DNA of 62,309 nucleotides from positions 1 to 62,309 of IMG/VR virus record IMGVR_UViG_3300022929_000020, one strand, 5' to 3'. The notes below the pieces were generated by a model. The model saw only the letters and a list, made by a program, of their open reading frames with translations, was not told where the DNA came from and made no database searches. Below, in pieces: positions 1-6,950 of the stretch. This DNA comes from a virus. Its lineage: Duplodnaviria; Caudoviricetes. Made by a program: the position numbers and the translations under genes. Each line of letters starts with the position of its first letter. Within the stretch, counting starts at the first letter, position 1.

Positions 1-144
1 ATTTAAAAATAGTGACAATAGCCTATTACTAGGATATCTTTACAGGCTAATGTCACACTGCTTGATTATTTTGATTAGATGTATAGAAGTATTGTGTTGC
101 CCCCACTTCTCCGTTCTTCGCTTGTAATTTAAAACTAATTTATA
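1..144. repeat. Terminal direct repeat, left copy
   Basis: 1-126 identical to 62166-62291; 3 mismatches in the last 18 nt. Confidence 0.95.
12..56. promoter_or_regulatory. Inverted-repeat operator-like site TGACAATAGCC-N21-GGCTAATGTCA
   Basis: Imperfect palindrome; same half-sites recur at 9366-9409 and in the right terminal repeat (62177-62221). Confidence 0.7.
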
Positions 145-245
145 AAAACTGGGGCCCCCTAATTTTTCACAATTTTTGTAAATATTTTTACGTTTTCATT
201 TTAATTAATATTTATATATTATTACTTTTATTTGTAAATTCGCTA

Positions 246-274
246 CAACTTTTCTACGATACAATTTCGATAGT
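246..274 (+). promoter_or_regulatory. Early promoter-like motif, copy 1
   Basis: caa-cttttc-tacga-tacaatt-tcgatagt. Confidence 0.7.
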
Positions 275-312
275 ATTAGTGTAAGTTAAATAAATAAGTT
301 AAAAAATAAAAT

Positions 313-341
313 CAAAGAATTTACGAGAGTAATTCGATAGT
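313..341 (+). promoter_or_regulatory. Early promoter-like motif, copy 2
   Basis: caa-agaatt-tacga-gagtaat-tcgatagt. Confidence 0.7.
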
Positions 342-368
342 AATAGTGTAAGTAAAATAAATAGAAAT

Positions 369-545
369 ATGAAAAAGAAAATATTAGATGAATTAGAATT
401 CAATGTAGATTTCTCTGCATTATCTGTACACTTGCAAGATGCAATGCATATGCATGAGTTAAAGCCAGAGGAAAATATCAAAGAGTTATTGCTAGAGTTA
501 ATGGATCAAGTAATTGACGATGCAATAGAAAGTAATATATCTTAA
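369..545 (+). CDS. Small acidic hypothetical protein (58 aa)
   Basis: MKKKILDELEF...ESNIS read from sequence; below the ORF-track cutoff; follows the promoter motif. Confidence 0.7.
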   Translation: MKKKILDELEFNVDFSALSVHLQDAMHMHELKPEENIKELLLELMDQVIDDAIESNIS

Positions 546-547
546 TG

Positions 548-576
548 CAATAAAAAAACGTAGAGCAACCGATAAT
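548..576 (+). promoter_or_regulatory. Early promoter-like motif, copy 3
   Basis: caa-taaaaa-aacgt-agagcaa-ccgataat. Confidence 0.6.
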
Positions 577-616
577 ATAACAAATAAGTAAGTATAACAG
601 TTTAAAGTAAAATATT

Positions 617-859
617 ATGAGTAAAGAAAAAGTAATGAATTTAACTTCAAAGAGATTTGTAATTCGTAAAAGTTTGATCGGTAAAAATGCTAAGATCAAA
701 GTAGAGTTTAAAAGTGGTAAAGTATTTGAGTACAATCACGACGATGCTTTCGAGCTAATGAAAGACAACTTAACTAAGTTGGCATGTTGGGAAAAGTACA
801 AGTCGTACACTTCAAGTACTTCTATTCCAAGAGTATTACAGCAAGAAAATGCTAAATAA
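617..859 (+). CDS. Hypothetical early protein (80 aa)
   Basis: ORF with AT-rich leader, followed by a terminator. Confidence 0.8.
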   Translation: MSKEKVMNLTSKRFVIRKSLIGKNAKIKVEFKSGKVFEYNHDDAFELMKDNLTKLACWEKYKSYTSSTSIPRVLQQENAK

Positions 860-875
860 TACTTAAATGCAAATG

Positions 876-909
876 AAGAGAGGTGAAGCAATACCTTCTA
901 CCTCTTTTT
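876..909 (+). terminator. Intrinsic terminator
   Basis: aagagaggt-gaag...cttc-t-acctctttt hairpin plus T-tract. Confidence 0.65.
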
Positions 910-936
910 ATTCACCAAACAAACAATATACTTTTA

Positions 937-965
937 CAACGCAATTGCGATGGCGTCTGGATAGT
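937..965 (+). promoter_or_regulatory. Early promoter-like motif, copy 4
   Basis: caa-cgcaat-tgcga-tggcgtc-tggatagt; directly upstream of tRNA-like element 1. Confidence 0.6.
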
Positions 966-974
966 ATATATACC

Positions 975-1019
975 AAGTCACAACGGTTAGTGTAGGTTCG
1001 ATTCCTACGGTGACTTCCA
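975..1019 (+). ncRNA. Anticodon-less tRNA-like element 1
   Basis: aagtcac/gtgactt stem; T-arm gtagg-TTCGATT-cctac; ends in CCA, whose A is the A of ATG 1019. Confidence 0.8.
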
Positions 1020-1201
1020 TGAGTAAAGTAAAATTTCAACACAAAGCAATCGTTACTATAAGTGATGTGGCGATCAAAACAATAGTAGCAACAGTAACAA
1101 CAGCACTAGTTGGTGCAGTGGGTTTGGCAGTTATCGCAGCGGTTTCCGACGTAGCTCCAAAGTTTATCTACGATCTCGATATCATGTGCAATGCAATGTA
1201 G
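1019..1201 (+). CDS. Small membrane protein
   Basis: Hydrophobic stretch IVATVTTALVGAVGLAVIAAV. Confidence 0.7.
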   Translation: MSKVKFQHKAIVTISDVAIKTIVATVTTALVGAVGLAVIAAVSDVAPKFIYDLDIMCNAM

Positions 1202-1216
1202 AGATCCTCACGATCA

Positions 1217-1266
1217 AACTCTTCTCTGGTGAGTAGCATGTAGTTCGATTCTACACAAGAGTTCTA
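1217..1266 (+). ncRNA. Anticodon-less tRNA-like element 2
   Basis: aactctt/aagagtt stem; T-arm tgtag-TTCGATT-ctaca; ends in CTA overlapping ATG 1266. Confidence 0.8.
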
Positions 1267-1424
1267 TGAGTATATTAAAAGCAGAGCAAATTGCAAGTGG
1301 ACACTTGTATGCTCAAGAGTATGAAATTATCGAAGCGTGGCAAATGCTTCACAACGAGTATTTAAAAGGTAACTTTGATTACAGTTACTCTTTGTTTGAA
1401 ATCTTAAAGAATCAAGAAAAATGA
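1266..1424 (+). CDS. Hypothetical protein (52 aa)
   Basis: MSILKAEQIASGH...KNQEK; ATGA overlap with the next gene. Confidence 0.7.
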   Translation: MSILKAEQIASGHLYAQEYEIIEAWQMLHNEYLKGNFDYSYSLFEILKNQEK

Positions 1425-1516
1425 GTAGAGAAGATTTAAAAGAAACAATTGGGCTAGTAGTAGCCGTAGGTGGATTATTATTTTTCGTACACTTCTTATT
1501 GACAGTGTTTGCATGA
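1421..1516 (+). CDS. Small single-TM protein (31 aa)
   Basis: MSREDLKETIGLVVAVGGLLFFVHFLLTVFA; ATGA overlaps at both ends. Confidence 0.65.
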   Translation: MSREDLKETIGLVVAVGGLLFFVHFLLTVFA

Positions 1517-1803
1517 GTAATTGGGATCGATTGATGAATGAAGCCAAGAAAATGGAACAATTGCAAGAAATAAAGCAAGAGTATTTTGGCGATCGTAAGT
1601 TGACCAATGAAGAAAACAGAATTTTATACTTCATTCTTCATGAGAGAAACAAACAAAATATGAAAGAACATACTTTACAGGAAGTCGCCGATGACATCAC
1701 AGGAATGATTGGATCACTGGCTTACCTTATTGAATCAGAAGCTTTAGACGTTACTAATCTAATGGACAGATTGGAAGCTATCAGAGATAAGATTGCTTCA
1801 TGA
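1513..1803 (+). CDS. Hypothetical protein (possibly two fused ORFs)
   Basis: Internal ATG at 1660 follows a 23-bp direct repeat. Confidence 0.65.
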   Translation: MSNWDRLMNEAKKMEQLQEIKQEYFGDRKLTNEENRILYFILHERNKQNMKEHTLQEVADDITGMIGSLAYLIESEALDVTNLMDRLEAIRDKIAS

Positions 1804-1818
1804 GAGAAACAAACAAAA
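1636..1818 (+). repeat. 23-bp direct repeat pair cttcatgagagaaacaaacaaaa
   Basis: Copies at 1636-1658 and 1796-1818. Confidence 0.85.
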
Positions 1819-1838
1819 AACAATGAGTGATCGATAGT
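1810..1838 (+). promoter_or_regulatory. Early promoter-like motif, copy 5 (degenerate)
   Basis: caa-acaaaa-aacaa-tgagtga-tcgatagt. Confidence 0.55.
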
Positions 1839-1855
1839 ATAACAAAGAAAACGAT

Positions 1856-2038
1856 ATGAAATTAACAGCAAAAGAAAGAGATTTGATACTGCAGTGCTTG
1901 CTAAAGCAAATTGAAAGCAATGAAGTAGTGTTAATTGACTTCGGTCACAATGAGTTTATTCGTGGTCGAGCGCACGCTAAGATCATGGAGTTAGAAGAAT
2001 TAATTACAAAAATAGAAAATGACACTAGAACAGTTTGA
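1856..2038 (+). CDS. Hypothetical protein
   Basis: ORF in the early cluster. Confidence 0.7.
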   Translation: MKLTAKERDLILQCLLKQIESNEVVLIDFGHNEFIRGRAHAKIMELEELITKIENDTRTV

Positions 2039-2228
2039 AGAATTATCAGTAGAAGAGATGATGTATCACCATGACGGTTGGTATATGATGAGTGACGATC
2101 ACTCTAAGTATGAGCAAGGCGTATGGCAGCGTAACATTATCGAAGATCGAGTAGCAAACAAAGGCGGCTGGACAAAGGATCTTGTAGAGCTTTGGAACGC
2201 AAGCTATAATCCACCAAAACAATTATGA
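2019..2228 (+). CDS. Hypothetical protein
   Basis: Overlapping ORF in the early cluster. Confidence 0.75.
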   Translation: MTLEQFEELSVEEMMYHHDGWYMMSDDHSKYEQGVWQRNIIEDRVANKGGWTKDLVELWNASYNPPKQL

Positions 2229-2515
2229 ATAAAAAAGTAAGATTTCAAGTAGACTCGTTCTTTCCTGTTACTAGGATAGACGTAGAAATAGAGACATGGC
2301 GAGACAGTAAAGGCGAAGTGTCAGGTTGTTTTGAGTTTTATGACTTAAGAACTAATGGCGAAGACATATACGCTGAAGGCGGTCTTTGGTTTCAAGAGGA
2401 TCAAGGCGGTCTTATTCTATCTGACTATGATGGTGTATTTGAAATACCAATGTTTATACTTGAAAAACTAAGCGACGAGTTTGGTGTAAACGTTGAAGAC
2501 CACTTAGATATATAA
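2225..2515 (+). CDS. Acidic hypothetical protein
   Basis: ATGA overlap; AEGGLWF and DYDGVF motifs. Confidence 0.8.
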   Translation: MNKKVRFQVDSFFPVTRIDVEIETWRDSKGEVSGCFEFYDLRTNGEDIYAEGGLWFQEDQGGLILSDYDGVFEIPMFILEKLSDEFGVNVEDHLDI

Positions 2516-2583
2516 CGCGTCTCTTGACCGAGACAGGAGTGCTACCCAGCGCGAAGAAGCCAGTTAGTCGAGGCATGGGTTGA

Positions 2584-2642
2584 TAGCGAGGAAATTGGTT
2601 CCGCCGTATGGCAAGGAGGTTCGACTCCTCCCTCGCTACCTA
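2584..2642 (+). ncRNA. Anticodon-less tRNA-like element 3
   Basis: Perfect 7-bp tagcgag/ctcgcta acceptor stem; T-arm ggagg-TTCGACT-cctcc; discriminator C then CTA overlapping ATG 2642. Confidence 0.85.
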
Positions 2643-2929
2643 TGACAGAAAAATATAATGGATACACTAACTACGCTACATGGCGTGTTAATTTAGAGAT
2701 AGTAGAGCAAATAGATATTGAATTTGCAGTAGAAGAAGATCTTCGTTTTGACGCAGATATGGTTAAAGAATGGGTCGAGTATGCAGTATTTGGCGATGAA
2801 GATCCAGGTAATTTAATGTCTAGTTATGCGGACTCGTTTTTAAGTGAAGTGAATTATTACGAGTTAGCTAGTGATTTAAACGAAGAAATAGAAGAGCGTA
2901 TCAAATATAATACGACAAGTGATCGATAA
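2642..2929 (+). CDS. Acidic phage protein with YNGxTNYxTW N-terminus
   Basis: N-terminal motif typical of small early phage proteins. Confidence 0.8.
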   Translation: MTEKYNGYTNYATWRVNLEIVEQIDIEFAVEEDLRFDADMVKEWVEYAVFGDEDPGNLMSSYADSFLSEVNYYELASDLNEEIEERIKYNTTSDR

Positions 2930-2930
2930 T
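2902..2930 (+). promoter_or_regulatory. Early promoter-like motif, copy 6
   Basis: caa-atataa-tacga-caagtga-tcgataat. Confidence 0.75.
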
Positions 2931-2940
2931 AATTACGAAT

Positions 2941-3102
2941 ATGGACGAACATTTTGACAGATTAATCAGAGAAATTAAAGATGCGATCGATCTATACAAG
3001 ATCGGTGTGCAAGACGGAGAGCGTACAATAGCTAGCATCTACATGAGTGACATGTGGATTGCAAAGAAAATCAGAGAAAACGAACGAAAAGAAAAGAAAT
3101 GA
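2941..3102 (+). CDS. Hypothetical protein (53 aa)
   Basis: MDEHFDRLIREIK...KEKK, directly after the promoter motif. Confidence 0.7.
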   Translation: MDEHFDRLIREIKDAIDLYKIGVQDGERTIASIYMSDMWIAKKIRENERKEKK

Positions 3103-3311
3103 AGATATGCAAGTGCGGGGACGCTATCCATCCAGTAAGAATTAAGTTGAACTATCCAACATGTGTAAAGTGTTCTACAACAGAGCCTTATGGCGCAGTT
3201 CAAATAGTTAACCACAAAACAGGTAATGAGTTTCAATTCTTACCTAAATCTCAAGCAGACGCTATCAATAAGATGGGCGAACGCAAAGGTTATGGCACTT
3301 GCCTAAGATAA
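3099..3311 (+). CDS. C4 zinc-finger protein (DksA/TraR-type finger)
   Basis: CKCGDAIHPVRIKLNYPTCVKC. Confidence 0.65.
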   Translation: MKICKCGDAIHPVRIKLNYPTCVKCSTTEPYGAVQIVNHKTGNEFQFLPKSQADAINKMGERKGYGTCLR

Positions 3312-3318
3312 CCTACAT

Positions 3319-3405
3319 GGGCGTGAATTGGTAAGTCAACACAACTCGATCGAAAATCATCTCGAGTGTGTTGTAACGCAGGTTCGATTCCTGCCACGTC
3401 CACTA
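3319..3405 (+). ncRNA. tmRNA tRNA-like-domain mimic (element 4)
   Basis: gggcgtg/cacgtcc acceptor stem with G3.U70 and A73; stemless D-loop; long helix caacac-a-actcga/tcgagt-gtgttg; T-arm gcagg-TTCGATT-cctgc; then CTA. Confidence 0.85.
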
Positions 3406-3408
3406 ATT

Positions 3409-3669
3409 ATGGAAATAAGAATAAATAAAGATGCACAAGAAAAGCAGCAGCGAGAAGAGCTAAACAGAGTTATTGTTAGAGCTAAAACGTATGCTAATGC
3501 AGGTGTAGAGTTTTTTGACTTCAAAAGACAAATAGCGATCGGTTTATCTCCTTATGAATTAATACAAATAGTAGAGAAAGAAACTAATGGCACAGTATTT
3601 TGCGAGCAAAGATTCAAAGTAACATTGAAAGAATTCTGCGACACAATAACGTTCACCATAAAGAAATAA
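3409..3669 (+). CDS. Hypothetical protein
   Basis: ATG 4 nt after element 4; the longer track ORF runs through the RNA element. Confidence 0.75.
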   Translation: MEIRINKDAQEKQQREELNRVIVRAKTYANAGVEFFDFKRQIAIGLSPYELIQIVEKETNGTVFCEQRFKVTLKEFCDTITFTIKK

Positions 3670-3672
3670 AAT

Positions 3673-3828
3673 ATGTATAGTATAGCTTGTAGTTATTACA
3701 CGAAAGAATTTAGCACGCTAGAAGAGTTAATAGATGATGTAATTCTAGTTGGCATGGATCCTAATTATGAAGTAACTTTTAATGGAGAAAGTACGGGAGA
3801 AGATCTATGCGAATTAATAATTTTATAA
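3673..3828 (+). CDS. Small acidic protein (51 aa)
   Basis: MYSIACSYYTKEFSTLEELIDDV...GMDPNYEV. Confidence 0.7.
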   Translation: MYSIACSYYTKEFSTLEELIDDVILVGMDPNYEVTFNGESTGEDLCELIIL

Positions 3829-3829
3829 A

Positions 3830-3858
3830 CAACAAAAACACGAATAGTAATCGATAAT
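3830..3858 (+). promoter_or_regulatory. Early promoter-like motif, copy 7
   Basis: caa-caaaaa-cacga-atagtaa-tcgataat. Confidence 0.7.
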
Positions 3859-3868
3859 ATAACTGAAT

Positions 3869-4090
3869 ATGAACTTAAAACAACTAATGAACGAGCAAGG
3901 TATGGTGCTAGATAAGCGTGTGATTTTTAGTACGGAAGATGTAAAACACCTTGCAAACTATGAAAACGAATCGCACGGTGAATTACTAAGTGTACTGCAT
4001 GAATTCTATGATGTTATGCATCAAGAAATCTACGAGGCACAAGTAGAAGCATTTGAAAGATTTATGGAATATAAAAGTAACGAAGGATGA
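3869..4090 (+). CDS. Hypothetical protein
   Basis: ORF after the promoter motif. Confidence 0.75.
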   Translation: MNLKQLMNEQGMVLDKRVIFSTEDVKHLANYENESHGELLSVLHEFYDVMHQEIYEAQVEAFERFMEYKSNEG

Positions 4091-4503
4091 AATTAGAACC
4101 ACTAGAAATACTAAAAACAATTGGCGTAACGGAAGTTACTACAAGCAGGCAGAGAGCCAATGGCACTCGCATGTTCTTATATCCACAAAAGAAGATGTAT
4201 AACTCAGGCCACACTGAACCTATTCGTTTCGCTATATACGAGTCAGGTTATGTACGAAGAGTTACAAATGGACATGCAGCAAATTACTATATAAACACAA
4301 GATTCAAAAGCATGGTAGCATGGTATAGTACTATAAAGAAAGGCCATGTGCTACATGAGGTTACAAAACCGCTTTTAATACTTGATGAAGATCACCGCTT
4401 AGAGTATTTATGTGGCTATATCTTGCGAAACTACGTAAGAAATAACAAAAACAGTATAGTAAAAGAAGAGGCTGTTGAATATATAAAGCAAAATAGAAAA
4501 TAG
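4087..4503 (+). CDS. Hypothetical protein
   Basis: 138-aa ORF with ATGA overlap. Confidence 0.8.
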   Translation: MKLEPLEILKTIGVTEVTTSRQRANGTRMFLYPQKKMYNSGHTEPIRFAIYESGYVRRVTNGHAANYYINTRFKSMVAWYSTIKKGHVLHEVTKPLLILDEDHRLEYLCGYILRNYVRNNKNSIVKEEAVEYIKQNRK

Positions 4504-4505
4504 AA

Positions 4506-4772
4506 ATGAACACTAAATTAATAAGAACAAAGCTAGAAGCAGCAAAGCTTCTAAGATCCTTCTACAAAGTAGAGGTAGATGAGAAAAATTATTCTATATC
4601 TGTGCTTGACTTTGAAGAAGATCATAGTTTTGCAGCAGTTTATACATGGCAAGTTGATGAAGATCGAGCTTATTGCGAAGACTTAACACAACCTTTTCCT
4701 CTAGGAGATGACGTAGATAACATTACAAGCGCATCAGAGTTTGAAGCATGGATAGATAGTTACTATGAGTAA
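4506..4772 (+). CDS. Acidic hypothetical protein
   Basis: ORF in a tightly packed operon. Confidence 0.75.
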   Translation: MNTKLIRTKLEAAKLLRSFYKVEVDEKNYSISVLDFEEDHSFAAVYTWQVDEDRAYCEDLTQPFPLGDDVDNITSASEFEAWIDSYYE

Positions 4773-5049
4773 ACATAGCGAAGAGTCAAAAGACTTTCTA
4801 AAGAAAGTTGAAAAAATGACCAAGTATGCATGGAAAAGAGCAGAGCAGGAAGCAGAAGAATATAAAATATCTTTATTTCTATGGGTCTTAGACTACGAAG
4901 ACGCATATATATACAGGTATGACGTAAGCGAAGTCAAGTTTGACTTCACTAGGATCGACTGCTTTGACAGATTTATAGAAGATCAAGGTCACAACCTGCA
5001 AGACTGCGAGTTCATGCTAACAGATCAAAGTAATTTTCATATTGGATAA
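4765..5049 (+). CDS. Hypothetical protein
   Basis: Overlapping ORF. Confidence 0.75.
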   Translation: MSKHSEESKDFLKKVEKMTKYAWKRAEQEAEEYKISLFLWVLDYEDAYIYRYDVSEVKFDFTRIDCFDRFIEDQGHNLQDCEFMLTDQSNFHIG

Positions 5050-5052
5050 TTG

Positions 5053-5081
5053 CAACTAAAATACGATGACAGTAGGATATT
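5053..5081 (+). promoter_or_regulatory. Early promoter-like motif, copy 8
   Basis: caa-ctaaaa-tacga-tgacagt-aggatatt. Confidence 0.6.
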
Positions 5082-5104
5082 AAATAAAAAATTAAATTAT
5101 ATAT

Positions 5105-5350
5105 ATGAAGACATTATTAGAAAGACTAAAACCAAATGTCAGGCAAAAGCTTGACGCGAACGAAGAAAACTATAGCTTTTCTGTCAGAAGGATCAAAGAA
5201 GCATTAAACAAAAAAGTTCACTTTGGCGAACTAACAATTTCAGAGGTTCAAGATCTTTACACGTTCTCTGAAGAGCATGTATTTAAAGTATCATCTTGGG
5301 ATCTTATGTATGGCGGTAACTTATTTGAAAAATTAAACGATGAAAAATAA
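5105..5350 (+). CDS. Hypothetical protein
   Basis: ORF starting MKTLLERLKP. Confidence 0.75.
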   Translation: MKTLLERLKPNVRQKLDANEENYSFSVRRIKEALNKKVHFGELTISEVQDLYTFSEEHVFKVSSWDLMYGGNLFEKLNDEK

Positions 5351-5777
5351 ACTAACACAACAAGTAATCGATGAAAGATTAGAAGCAAAAGGCGTCAAAG
5401 ATGTTAACGAATTAGACACAGATGAGCAGCTTTCTATTGTTCTAGATCACTTCGATGCAGAGATTACGCATGATTTTATGAATGGACAGATAAAGTTCTA
5501 TGAAGAAACAACAGCAGATGGCTACAGTATATACATAGCAACCGAGAACCCAGATAATGTAAGTATATGTGATGATGTATTCTATTATGAATCAGACAGG
5601 TTTTCTAAGTTTGAAGACGCAGTACTTGACGGCTTGAATATATACATAGATGACTACGACATGGGTGATTATGGCTTGCAAGATCAAATCGAAAGAGTTT
5701 ACCAAAGATACTACAGAGAAATGCAAGCTAGAGTTGAACAAGAACTAATTGAAGAAGGTTATGAGCAAGCTGAATAG
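5340..5777 (+). CDS. Highly acidic hypothetical protein
   Basis: 145 aa, D/E-rich. Confidence 0.8.
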   Translation: MKNKLTQQVIDERLEAKGVKDVNELDTDEQLSIVLDHFDAEITHDFMNGQIKFYEETTADGYSIYIATENPDNVSICDDVFYYESDRFSKFEDAVLDGLNIYIDDYDMGDYGLQDQIERVYQRYYREMQARVEQELIEEGYEQAE

Positions 5778-6039
5778 AGATGACATGATCAAGTGGTTGC
5801 AGCAGTACGTTAAAACTGTTAGAACCACAGAAGAGTTCCGTGACGGTATGGCAGAAGGTATATGGATCAGCGGAGAGCACGATTATGAGTTTAAAGGCAA
5901 TATAATGTATGCTTACTACTCTGAAGACTATAAAAATAGAACATTTGGCGTATTAAATACGTGGGAAAACGAATTAAATAAGCGTGGTTGGTACAGTGAG
6001 TGGCACGACGCAGGCACAGTAATGATATACGAAGATTAA
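5761..6039 (+). CDS. Hypothetical protein
   Basis: ATG 5761; GWYSEWHDAGT motif. Confidence 0.75.
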   Translation: MSKLNRDDMIKWLQQYVKTVRTTEEFRDGMAEGIWISGEHDYEFKGNIMYAYYSEDYKNRTFGVLNTWENELNKRGWYSEWHDAGTVMIYED

Positions 6040-6052
6040 AAAAAAAAAAGAT

Positions 6053-6256
6053 ATGAATATGAGTTATTGCCGTTTTGAAAACACGGCCAAAGCAATGAGA
6101 GACTGTTTGTATGCGATCCATGATGGTGATCTATACGACTTCAGTACACAAGAGTTAATATACTTCAGAAAGTTTTTTGAGATGGCACAAGAGATCTTAG
6201 ATAACGAAGAAGTTAAAGAAAGAATGTTAGAATGGTACTCAGAAAATGCCGAATAA
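6053..6256 (+). CDS. Conserved small phage protein (MSYCRFENT motif)
   Basis: Recognisable N-terminal motif. Confidence 0.75.
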   Translation: MNMSYCRFENTAKAMRDCLYAIHDGDLYDFSTQELIYFRKFFEMAQEILDNEEVKERMLEWYSENAE

Positions 6257-6680
6257 AAAGAAATTAGACGAGACATACATGAACGTAGCCTACCAAATAG
6301 CTGGGCTAAGTAAATGTAAACGAAGAATAGTTGGTGCCATTATAGTCAAAGATAATAATATACTTTCCTTTGGCTACAATGGTACACCAGCCGGAATGGA
6401 TAACTGCTGCGAAGAAGATACTGGTAACGGATTATATACCAAGCGGGTAGTACTACATGCAGAAGCTAATGCAATAACTAAAGTAGCTAGAAGCACTATG
6501 TCTAGTACAGGCGCTACTTTATATACTACTACTTCTCCATGTGCAGAGTGTGCAAAGCTGATCATTCAGGCAGGAATTAAACGCGTAGTATTTCACGAAG
6601 AGTACCATGCATCTAAGCAAGCATTTGACCTCTTTTCAGAGACAGGTGTTAAAGTTAAACAATTAAAATACGACGAGTAG
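6246..6680 (+). CDS. dCMP deaminase
   Basis: GYNGTP, HAEANAI and PCAECAK zinc-binding motifs. Confidence 0.93.
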   Translation: MPNKKKLDETYMNVAYQIAGLSKCKRRIVGAIIVKDNNILSFGYNGTPAGMDNCCEEDTGNGLYTKRVVLHAEANAITKVARSTMSSTGATLYTTTSPCAECAKLIIQAGIKRVVFHEEYHASKQAFDLFSETGVKVKQLKYDE

Positions 6681-6688
6681 TCGATAAT
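6660..6688 (+). promoter_or_regulatory. Early promoter-like motif, copy 9
   Basis: caa-ttaaaa-tacga-cgagtag-tcgataat. Confidence 0.75.
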
Positions 6689-6704
6689 AAAACAAAATAA
6701 AATT

Positions 6705-6908
6705 ATGTTTTTAAAATTAAAATTATCAAAAAGAGAAAGAATCCAACTTAAGAAAGTTGAAGAAGAATTAGCAATACGAATGATCGTTGCGGCACAGGAG
6801 GTTTTAGAAGAAGAAAAACTAGCCTTCGTGGATACATTGAGCCAAGAGGATTACACAGACTTGCAAGAGTTAGTAATTGTTAATGCAATATCAAATGTAA
6901 TACTGTAA
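6705..6908 (+). CDS. Hypothetical protein
   Basis: ORF between two motif copies. Confidence 0.7.
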   Translation: MFLKLKLSKRERIQLKKVEEELAIRMIVAAQEVLEEEKLAFVDTLSQEDYTDLQELVIVNAISNVIL

Positions 6909-6937
6909 CAAATAAAATACGACGTAGCGCCGATAAC
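6909..6937 (+). promoter_or_regulatory. Early promoter-like motif, copy 10
   Basis: caa-ataaaa-tacga-cgtagcg-ccgataac. Confidence 0.75.
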
Positions 6938-6950
6938 AAAATAAAACAAT

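Noticed and set aside
977-1014. Resemblance of gtcacaacgg...gtgac to the SAM/SAH riboswitch
   Set aside because: The CUUCCUGGC core and downstream pseudoknot partner are absent; the interior is a T-arm shared with three other elements.
975-3405. Calling the four T-arm elements true tRNA genes or attP tRNA fragments
   Set aside because: They have no anticodon arm or D-stem. Each has its own complementary 5' acceptor strand, unlike att remnants, and the genome has no integrase.
3328-3408. N-terminal extensions of track ORFs 3328-3669 and 1010-1201
   Set aside because: The extensions run through the structured RNA elements; ATGs at 3409 and 1019 are the more plausible starts.
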